DNA of 64,000 nucleotides from Escherichia coli (GTDB lineage Bacteria; Pseudomonadota; Gammaproteobacteria; Enterobacterales; Enterobacteriaceae): NCBI RefSeq assembly GCF_002854065.1, contig NZ_CP024147.1; one strand, 5' to 3'. Shown piece by piece: positions 56,480 to 64,000 of this stretch (position 1 is its first letter; each line of letters starts with the position of its first letter). The notes under the pieces were generated by a model. It saw only the letters and a program-made list of their open reading frames with translations, ran no database searches and was not told where the DNA came from. The position numbers and the translations under genes were made by a program.

Positions 56480-59446
56480 ATGCCGCGTCGCTTGATCCTC
56501 TCGGCCACGGAGCGGGACACCCTGCTTGCGCTGCCGGAAAGCCAGGATGACCTGATCCGCTACTACACCTTCAACGACTCCGACCTGTCGCTGATCCGCC
56601 AGCGACGCGGCGACGCCAACCGCCTCGGCTTCGCCGTGCAGCTCTGCCTGCTGCGCTACCCCGGTTACGCGCTGGGAACCGACAGCGAGCTGCCCGAGCC
56701 GGTCATCCTGTGGGTGGCGAAGCAAGTCCAGGCCGAGCCGGCGAGCTGGGCAAAGTACGGCGAGCGCGACGTGACCCGTCGCGAGCATGCCCAGGAACTG
56801 CGCACCTACCTGCAACTGGCCCCGTTCGGCCTGTCCGACTTCCGCGCCCTGGTGCGCGAGCTAACCGAGCTGGCCCAGCAGACCGACAAAGGCTTGCTGC
56901 TGGCCGGTCAGGCCCTGGAGAGCCTACGGCAGAAACGACGCATCCTGCCGGCGCTGAGCGTGATTGACCGGGCCTGCTCGGAAGCCATTGCGCGAGCCAA
57001 TCGGCGGGTCTACCGCGCCCTGGTCGAACCACTCACGGACTCGCATCGGGCCAAGCTGGACGAGCTGTTGAAGCTCAAGGCCGGCAGCAGCATCACCTGG
57101 TTGACCTGGCTGCGCCAGGCACCGCTGAAACCCAACTCTCGGCACATGCTGGAACACATCGAGCGGCTGAAGACATTTCAGTTGGTGGACTTGCCCGAAG
57201 GCCTGGGCCGGCACATCCACCAGAACCGCCTGCTCAAGCTGGCCCGCGAGGGTGGGCAGATGACGCCCAAAGACCTCGGTAAGTTCGAGCCGCAGCGCCG
57301 CTACGCGACCCTGGCCGCCGTGGTGCTGGAGAGCACCGCGACCGTGATCGATGAGCTGGTCGATCTGCATGACCGCATCCTGGTCAAGCTGTTCAGCGGC
57401 GCGAAGCACAAGCATCAGCAGCAGTTCCAGAAGCAGGGCAAGGCGATCAACGACAAGGTGCGCCTGTACTCCAGGATCGGCCAGGCGCTGCTGGAAGCGA
57501 AGGAAAGCGGCAGCGACCCCTATGCCGCCATCGAGGCGGTGATTCCCTGGGACGAGTTCACCGAGAGCGTCAGCGAGGCCGAGCTGCTGGCCCGGCCGGA
57601 AGGCTTCGACCACCTGCACCTGGTCGGCGAGAACTTCGCCACCCTGCGCCGTTACACGCCGGCCTTGCTGGAGGTGCTGGAACTGCGCGCCGCGCCGGCC
57701 GCGCAAGGCGTGCTGGCAGCCGTGCAGACCCTGCGTGAGATGAACGCCGACAACCTGCGCAAGGTGCCGGCCGATGCACCCACGGCCTTCATCAAGCCGC
57801 GCTGGAAGCCGCTGGTGATCACCCCGGAAGGCCTCGACCGGAAATTCTACGAAATCTGCGCCCTGTCCGAGCTGAAGAACGCCCTGCGCTCCGGCGACAT
57901 CTGGGTCAAGGGCTCGCGGCAGTTCCGCGACTTCGACGACTACCTGCTGCCGGCCGAGAAGTTCGCCGCACTCAAGCGCGAGCAGGCCCTGCCCCTGGCG
58001 ATCAACCCGAACAGCGACCAGTACCTGGAAGAGCGTTTGCAGCTGCTGGACGAGCAGTTGGCCACCGTCACCCGCCTGGCCAAGGACAACGAGCTGCCCG
58101 ATGCCATCCTCACCGAGTCAGGGCTGAAAATCACCCCGCTGGATGCGGCGGTGCCGGATCGGGCGCAGGCGCTGATCGACCAAACCAGCCAGTTACTGCC
58201 GCGCATCAAGATCACCGAACTGCTGATGGACGTGGACGACTGGACGGGCTTCAGCCGCCACTTCACCCACTTGAAGGACGGGGCCGAGGCCAAAGACAGG
58301 ACGTTGCTGCTGTCCGCAATCCTCGGTGATGCGATCAACCTCGGGCTGACCAAGATGGCCGAGTCGAGCCCCGGCCTGACCTACGCCAAGCTGTCCTGGC
58401 TGCAAGCCTGGCACATCCGCGACGAAACCTATTCGGCGGCCTTGGCCGAGCTGGTCAACCACCAGTATCGCCACGCCTTTGCCGCCCACTGGGGCGACGG
58501 CACGACCTCATCCTCCGATGGCCAGTGCTTCCGCGCGGGTGGCCGGGGCGAGAGCACCGGGCACGTCAACCCGAAGTACGGTAGCGAGCCGGGACGGCTG
58601 TTCTATACCCATATCTCCGACCAGTACGCGCCGTTCAGCACCCGCGTGGTGAATGTCGGCGTCCGCGATTCCACCTATGTGCTCGACGGCCTGCTGTACC
58701 ACGAGTCCGACCTGCGGATCGAGGAGCACTACACCGACACGGCCGGCTTCACCGATCACGTCTTTGCCCTGATGCACCTGCTAGGCTTCCGCTTCGCGCC
58801 GCGCATCCGCGACCTCGGCGAAACCAAGCTGTACGTGCCGCAGGGCGTGCAAGCCTACCCGACGTTGCGCCCGCTGATCGGCGGCACCCTGAACATCAAG
58901 CACGTGCGTGCCCACTGGGACGACATCCTGCGCCTGGCCAGCTCGATCAAGCAGGGCACCGTCACCGCCTCGCTGATGCTGCGCAAGCTCGGCAGCTACC
59001 CGCGCCAGAACGGACTGGCCGTGGCCCTGCGCGAGCTGGGCCGGATCGAGCGCACGCTGTTCATCCTGGACTGGCTGCAAAGTGTTGAACTGCGCCGCCG
59101 CGTGCATGCCGGCCTGAACAAAGGTGAGGCGCGCAACTCGCTGGCCAGGGCGGTGTTCTTCAACCGCCTTGGGGAAATCAGGGATCGGAGCTTCGAGCAG
59201 CAGCGCTACCGGGCCAGCGGCCTCAACCTGGTGACGGCGGCTATCGTGCTGTGGAACACGGTGTACCTGGAACGCGCCACCCAGGGGTTGGTCGAGGCCG
59301 GCAAGCCGGTGGACGGCGAGCTGCTGCAATTCCTGTCGCCGCTGGGCTGGGAGCACATCAACCTAACCGGCGATTACGTCTGGCGGCAGAGCCGCAGACT
59401 GGAAGACGGGAAGTTTCGGCCCTTACGGATGCCCGGAAAACCTTAG
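56480..59446 (+). CDS. tnpA: Tn3-family transposase TnpA
   Basis: 988-aa ORF; stop codon lies inside the right terminal IR, as is typical for this family. Confidence 0.9.
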   Translation: MPRRLILSATERDTLLALPESQDDLIRYYTFNDSDLSLIRQRRGDANRLGFAVQLCLLRYPGYALGTDSELPEPVILWVAKQVQAEPASWAKYGERDVTRREHAQELRTYLQLAPFGLSDFRALVRELTELAQQTDKGLLLAGQALESLRQKRRILPALSVIDRACSEAIARANRRVYRALVEPLTDSHRAKLDELLKLKAGSSITWLTWLRQAPLKPNSRHMLEHIERLKTFQLVDLPEGLGRHIHQNRLLKLAREGGQMTPKDLGKFEPQRRYATLAAVVLESTATVIDELVDLHDRILVKLFSGAKHKHQQQFQKQGKAINDKVRLYSRIGQALLEAKESGSDPYAAIEAVIPWDEFTESVSEAELLARPEGFDHLHLVGENFATLRRYTPALLEVLELRAAPAAQGVLAAVQTLREMNADNLRKVPADAPTAFIKPRWKPLVITPEGLDRKFYEICALSELKNALRSGDIWVKGSRQFRDFDDYLLPAEKFAALKREQALPLAINPNSDQYLEERLQLLDEQLATVTRLAKDNELPDAILTESGLKITPLDAAVPDRAQALIDQTSQLLPRIKITELLMDVDDWTGFSRHFTHLKDGAEAKDRTLLLSAILGDAINLGLTKMAESSPGLTYAKLSWLQAWHIRDETYSAALAELVNHQYRHAFAAHWGDGTTSSSDGQCFRAGGRGESTGHVNPKYGSEPGRLFYTHISDQYAPFSTRVVNVGVRDSTYVLDGLLYHESDLRIEEHYTDTAGFTDHVFALMHLLGFRFAPRIRDLGETKLYVPQGVQAYPTLRPLIGGTLNIKHVRAHWDDILRLASSIKQGTVTASLMLRKLGSYPRQNGLAVALRELGRIERTLFILDWLQSVELRRRVHAGLNKGEARNSLARAVFFNRLGEIRDRSFEQQRYRASGLNLVTAAIVLWNTVYLERATQGLVEAGKPVDGELLQFLSPLGWEHINLTGDYVWRQSRRLEDGKFRPLRMPGKP

Positions 59447-59886
59447 CGTACGATTTTTTCCGAATTCTGCGGGCTCCCCTGTATTGAGTGTTAGTTGGAG
59501 GTGGGAAGGTGTCAATTTGGCTAATTTGCTAATACTTTCGAATTGATAGATTAAAAATTGCATAGTTCTTATTTTATTTAAAAATGAACTATGAGTTATT
59601 GTTGCTTAATAAGAAAACTGTTTCTTTCAATAGGAAAATTATCATCATCATATTTAACAAAGAATGGCACTAATTGCTAAAAATCGAAGTTTATTAAACC
59701 CCTTTTGCATCCATTAATGTCTTTAGGAATATTCGTTATAAAATAAGGGTTATGCTTAATGCTTTAAGAAAAATAGCAATTTCCCCTTGAATATATTACT
59801 GGTGATGGAAGGATGAATCTGCAAGCTGGCATTTAACAAGCCAGTTCTAAAAGAAGGGAAATAAGAATAACTATACTCAAAAACTA

Positions 59887-59914
59887 ACAGCCACGGTCAT
59901 CATGATGTGGCTGT
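59887..59914 (-). terminator. Rho-independent terminator of lsrK
   Basis: Minus strand: acagccac-atcatgatgacc-gtggctgt hairpin followed by UAGUUUUUGAG, 9 bp after the lsrK stop. Confidence 0.55.
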
Positions 59915-59922
59915 CAATGAAA

Positions 59923-61515
59923 CTATAACCCAGGCGCTTTCCATAACGACGTCGTCAGTCCATGATCAACCAGCCCCAGCTGATCCTGATAAACTGCCTG
60001 CCACTTATCGCGTGAATCCTGATAAAGTTCATGCTTTTCCGGGTCTGGTGTGTGCGTCCGTTCCCAGCGAACCAGGCGTTCTCCGGTTTCTGCCATTGAT
60101 GAAAAAATTCCGGCACCGACGCCAGCTGCAATGGCACATCCTAATGCAGTGGCTTCTTTGACCACCGGAATATTGACGGGTAATCCCGAGACATCAGCGA
60201 GAATTTGACTCCATAATTTCCCTTTTGAACCTCCGCCTGCAAAGACTAACGATGAAGGATGAATATTCGAGAAATCAGCAATTTGCTGCAAGTTACACGC
60301 TGATACAATCGCCGCATTTTCTTCCAGCGCACGAAACAATGTCGCTTTGTTACATTTATCCGGGTCAATGGATAAGTTAATAAAGGAAGGTGCGGCGTGA
60401 TACCAGGTTTTAAAGCGCATTCTGTCGGAGAATATCGGCATTACGCCCCACGACCCAGGCGGCACCCGACTGGCCATCTCTTCCAGCAGCGTATAGGTGT
60501 CGATGCCTAAACGTTCGGCAATCAGTTTTTCTTCGGCACAGAAAGCATCGCGGAACCAGCGCATGGTGAGTCCGGTAAAAAAGCTTATAGATTCAGCTTG
60601 TACCATGCCAGGAATAACATGGGGATTAACGCGCACGTTCATTTCTGGGTCTGTCACCGGCGCGGCTAAGTTTACAACTTGCTGCCAGAATGTGCCGCCA
60701 AGAACCGCGGTTTGTGCCGGACGCACAACGCCTAACCCCAGGCAACCAAGCTGCACGTCGCCTCCTCCCACGAACACCGGAGTGCCCGCCTTCAGACCGC
60801 AGAGTTCCGCCGCTTGTGAACTTACCACGCCCAGCAATGTGCCGGTTTCTTTGACAGGAGAAAGAATATCGGCACGCAGGCCAGCCATATCCAGCAATGC
60901 AGGTTTCCAGTCACGGATGGTTAGATCAAGAAGTCCCGTGGTGCCAGCGTTAGAGGGATCCACCGCAAGTTCGCCGCTGAGCATATAGGCCAGCCAGTCG
61001 CTGATCATGGTGATGGTTGATGCCTGACGGTAAATATCGGAACGATGGTGCGCCAGCCAAAGTAATCTGGGGATGGCACTTAAAGCCAGCGTTTGTCCGG
61101 TCGCGCGATAAACTTCGTTTTCAAAGGTATTGTTGTGCAGTTCTTTAAGTTCGCTAACTTCGCGCGCCGCTCTGGCATCCACATTGGCGCAGGCCCAGAT
61201 CGGTGTTCCTTCATTGTTATATAAAACAATGCCTTCACGCATCGAACATGCCGAAACGGCAGCGATATACTCCGGGGCTATGCCGGCGTTGTGCAGCGCC
61301 TGGCGCATACACTCACACGCCAGTTGCCAGTTTTTGTTGAGATCAAATTCCATAGAACCAGGAACGTCCGGTACTGCCAGATGCCGCCACTCCGCCTGTC
61401 CCACTGCTATTTGATTGCCTTCCAGGTCGAATATCACAGCCCGAATACTTCCGGTGCCTGCATCCAGCGCCATCAGGTAATACTTTGATTCTGAAGGGGT
61501 AAAGAGTCGAGCCAT
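59923..61515 (-). CDS. lsrK: Autoinducer-2 kinase (FGGY carbohydrate kinase family)
   Basis: 530-aa ORF with FGGY motifs; position adjacent to lsrR. Confidence 0.9.
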   Translation of the reverse strand: MARLFTPSESKYYLMALDAGTGSIRAVIFDLEGNQIAVGQAEWRHLAVPDVPGSMEFDLNKNWQLACECMRQALHNAGIAPEYIAAVSACSMREGIVLYNNEGTPIWACANVDARAAREVSELKELHNNTFENEVYRATGQTLALSAIPRLLWLAHHRSDIYRQASTITMISDWLAYMLSGELAVDPSNAGTTGLLDLTIRDWKPALLDMAGLRADILSPVKETGTLLGVVSSQAAELCGLKAGTPVFVGGGDVQLGCLGLGVVRPAQTAVLGGTFWQQVVNLAAPVTDPEMNVRVNPHVIPGMVQAESISFFTGLTMRWFRDAFCAEEKLIAERLGIDTYTLLEEMASRVPPGSWGVMPIFSDRMRFKTWYHAAPSFINLSIDPDKCNKATLFRALEENAAIVSACNLQQIADFSNIHPSSLVFAGGGSKGKLWSQILADVSGLPVNIPVVKEATALGCAIAAGVGAGIFSSMAETGERLVRWERTHTPDPEKHELYQDSRDKWQAVYQDQLGLVDHGLTTSLWKAPGL

Positions 61516-61593
61516 TAGATTATCCTCGGCTTATGCGTTCTGTCTGTTCCTCTATACGTTCTCCATCATTCCCGGTAATAAGGTCATGCAAAT

Positions 61594-62547
61594 TTAACTA
61601 CGTAAAATCGCCGCTGCTGTGTCCTGATCGGTAACCAGTGCGTTGATATAACCGCCTTTCATTGCAGCGGCAATTGCTTCGGCTTTATTTTCTCCCCCTG
61701 CCACGCCAACCCGGACGGGTATGGTCTTCAGCGCGCTTAAAGGTAAACCAATCAGTTCGTTATGTATTTTAATATCCGTGACAGCGTCACCTTTTGCATC
61801 AAAAAAGTAGCCTAAAATGTCGCCAACCGCCCCTTTTCGGCCAATCATTAACTGTTCGCCCTGGCTGATATAACCGGAGCGAATGATCGTCGCGTCGTCT
61901 TGTTGACTCACGGCCCCAATGCCGACAATCGCCACATCCGCTGCTTGCGCGGCTAACAGAACATCTTTGACGCAATTTTCATTTTTTAGCGTACGGGCAA
62001 TGTCAGCGGAGGATGCCCGCAACGGAGCCGGAATAATATTCACACTGCACGCCGCGTTAAGCTGCCCGATACCCGTCATATAAGAACCGACGCCACCGGA
62101 GAGCGTGACCAGGCGAATTTGCTGTGACGAAATAAAACCACTTAAGCGTTGCAGCGTATTCATGGTTGCCTCGCCAAAACCAATCGCCAGCATCTGTTGT
62201 GGTTGAAGTAAACTCATCAACATATGCGCCGCGCCTATCCCCAGTCGCCCGCCGACATCAGCATCGGCAAGCCCAGGGATCACTCGGACATGTTGCAGCG
62301 AAAACTGACGACGTAATTGTGTTTCATATTCCAGACAGCCTTCAAAGCGAGAATTAATCTGCACGCGAATGATGCCGGACTGATGCCCTTTCTCCAGTAA
62401 TCGCGACACTTTCAAACGGGTCAGGCCGAGACGATCGCTGATCTCACTCTGGGTCAGCCCGTCGTGGTAGTAAAACCACGCGATCCGCGCGACCTGTTCT
62501 TCTTCACACATTCCCTGTTCTGAAATTACCGAATCGTTGATTGTCAT
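61594..62547 (-). CDS. lsrR: lsr operon repressor (SorC/DeoR family)
   Basis: 317-aa ORF with N-terminal HTH and sugar-phosphate binding domain. Confidence 0.9.
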   Translation of the reverse strand: MTINDSVISEQGMCEEEQVARIAWFYYHDGLTQSEISDRLGLTRLKVSRLLEKGHQSGIIRVQINSRFEGCLEYETQLRRQFSLQHVRVIPGLADADVGGRLGIGAAHMLMSLLQPQQMLAIGFGEATMNTLQRLSGFISSQQIRLVTLSGGVGSYMTGIGQLNAACSVNIIPAPLRASSADIARTLKNENCVKDVLLAAQAADVAIVGIGAVSQQDDATIIRSGYISQGEQLMIGRKGAVGDILGYFFDAKGDAVTDIKIHNELIGLPLSALKTIPVRVGVAGGENKAEAIAAAMKGGYINALVTDQDTAAAILRS

Positions 62548-62615
62548 AATTCATTCTTCACTTTGAACATATTTAAATCTTTAATGCAATTGTTCAGTTC
62601 TTGCGCATTTATATC

Positions 62616-62631
62616 TGTGATGGCAACCACA
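62616..62631. promoter_or_regulatory. Putative CRP site (TGTGA-N6-CCACA) in the lsrR/lsrA divergent promoter region
   Basis: tgtgatggcaaccaca; a second weaker TGTGA-N6 site at about 62687..62702. The lsr operon is known to require cAMP-CRP. Confidence 0.4.
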
Positions 62632-62795
62632 GTTTGACTCTACGAGCATGAACAAACGCAACCGTGAAAATCAAAATAGCATAAATTGTGATCTATTCGT
62701 CGGAAATATGTGCAATGTCCACCTAAGGTTATGAACAAATTAAAAGCAGAAATACATTTGTTCAAAACTCACCTGCAAAACTGAACGGGGGAAAT

Positions 62796-64000
62796 ATGCA
62801 AACGAGTGATACCCGCGCGTTACCGCTACTTTGCGCCCGCTCGGTTTATAAACAGTATTCAGGGGTTAATGTCCTGAAAGGCATCGATTTTACGTTGCAC
62901 CAGGGGGAGGTCCACGCCCTGTTCGGCGGCAATGGTGCCGGTAAATCGACGTTAATGAAGATTATTGCCGGTATTACCCCTGCTGATAGCGGTACGCTGG
63001 AGATTGGGGGCAACAACTACGTCAGATTAACGCCAGTTCATGCTCATCAGCTGGGTATTTATCTCGTTCCCCAGGAACCGCTGCTTTTCCCAAGCCTGTC
63101 GATAAAAGAAAACATCCTGTTTGGGCTGGCAAAAAAACAGCTCTCCATGCAGAAAATGAAGAACTTGCTGGCGGCGCTGGGCTGCCAGTTTGATCTGCAT
63201 AGTCTGGCAGGATCGCTGGATGTCGCCGATCGCCAAATGGTGGAAATCCTCCGCGGGCTGATGCGCGACTCGCGGATTCTGATCCTCGATGAACCTACCG
63301 CCTCGCTTACCCCTGCGGAAACCGAACGCTTGTTTAGTCGCTTGCAAGAGCTGCTTGCTACTGGCGTGGGTATTGTTTTTATCTCGCATAAGCTGCCGGA
63401 AATTCGCCAGATTGCCGATCGAATTAGCGTGATGCGCGACGGAACCATCGCCTTAAGCGGCAAAACCAGCGAACTGTCTACCGACGACATTATTCAGGCC
63501 ATCACCCCAGCGGTACGGGAAAATCGCTCTCTGCCAGCCAAAAATTATGGCTGGAGTTACCTGGCAACCGCCCACAACATGCCGCAGGAACGTCGGTGCT
63601 GACACTGGAAAATCTGACTGGCGAAGGTTTCAGGAATGTCAGCCTGACGCTAAATGCCGGAGAAATTCTGGGTCTGGCTGGGCTGGTGGGTGCCGGACGC
63701 ACAGAACTGGCCGAGACGCTCTATGGTCTACGTACTTTGCGTGGCGGACGCATTATGCTGAATGATAAAGAGATCAATAGATTATCCACTGGAGAACGTT
63801 TACTGCGCGGTCTGGTTTATCTGCCGGAAGATCGCCAGTCATCCGGACTGAATCTCGATGCTTCGCTGGCCTGGAACGTCTGCGCCCTTACTCATAACCT
63901 TCGTGGATTCTGGGCGAAAACCGCGAAAGATAATGCCACCCTGGAACGTTATCGTCGGGCGCTGAATATTAAATATAACCAACCGGAACAAGCTGCACGG
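62796..64000 (+). pseudogene. lsrA: AI-2 ABC importer ATPase with a -1 frameshift at an A4 run (63520..63523); continues to the window end in the shifted frame
   Basis: Frame 0 encodes the first NBD (Walker [10 protein letters not shown]) and stops at 63600..63602 after …[19 protein letters not shown]…*. The other frame from about 63521 reads [67 protein letters not shown]…, i.e. the second NBD. Confidence 0.8.

Larger units (their letters stand above)
53840..59479 (+). mobile_element. Tn3-family transposon of the Tn1721/Tn1722 (Tn501-like) type, about 5.64 kb, with 38-bp terminal inverted repeats
   Basis: Left IR GGGGGAACCGCAGAATTCGGAAAAAATCGTACGCTAAG (53840..53877); right IR is the reverse complement of GGGGAGCCCGCAGAATTCGGAAAAAATCGTACGCTAAG (59442..59479). 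Short direct repeat TGTATT on both flanks. Interior has an MCP-like gene, res, tnpR and tnpA. tnpR and tnpA are visibly more GC-rich than the flanking chromosome. Confidence 0.9.

Noticed and set aside
55760-59356. Several long minus-strand ORFs (for example 351 aa at 55760..56815, 260 aa at 56924..57706, 191 aa at 58781..59356) inside the transposon
   Set aside because: High GC content suppresses stop codons on all frames. They are antisense to tnpR and tnpA, and their translations are Arg/Ala/Gly-rich low-complexity.
1-64000. Search for CRISPR arrays, tRNA or rRNA genes and integrons
   Set aside because: No regularly spaced short direct repeats, no tRNA-like cloverleaf candidates in intergenic regions, and no integron attI/attC or intI-like ORF were seen. 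The only repeats are REP elements, the HipB operators, the IS1 copies and the transposon inverted repeats.

Overview
This window is an Escherichia coli-type chromosomal segment with the gene order of the K-12 yddG–lsrA region: a partial porin gene, yddG, the selenoprotein formate dehydrogenase-N operon fdnGHI, a HigB/HigA-like pair (yddM plus an upstream toxin ORF), adhP, maeA, sra, bdm, osmC, the ddpXABCDF D-Ala-D-Ala dipeptide operon, dosCP, yddW, gadBC, pqqL-yddB-yddA, ydeM-ydeN, ydeO-safA-ydeP, a decayed chaperone-usher fimbrial operon, hipBA, a large autotransporter adhesin gene, and lsrK, lsrR and lsrA. On this backbone sit three mobile-element insertions, each with its own target-site duplication: two identical, same-orientation IS1 copies (one clipping the 3' end of ydeO, one splitting the autotransporter gene) and a 5.6 kb Tn1721/Tn1722-type Tn3-family transposon carrying tnpR, tnpA, a res site and an Aer-like PAS chemoreceptor gene. 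Two further genes carry point lesions: ddpA has an in-frame TAG and lsrA has a frameshift in an A-run. I found no tRNA, rRNA or CRISPR array. Nothing here looks like an entirely new system; the most interesting items are the transposon-borne chemoreceptor, the IS1-bracketed 14 kb block containing ydeO-safA-ydeP and hipBA, and the intact HigB-like toxin ORF next to yddM. All homology statements come from reading the translated ORFs against protein families I recall; no database search was run. Gene lengths quoted as matching K-12 are from memory.
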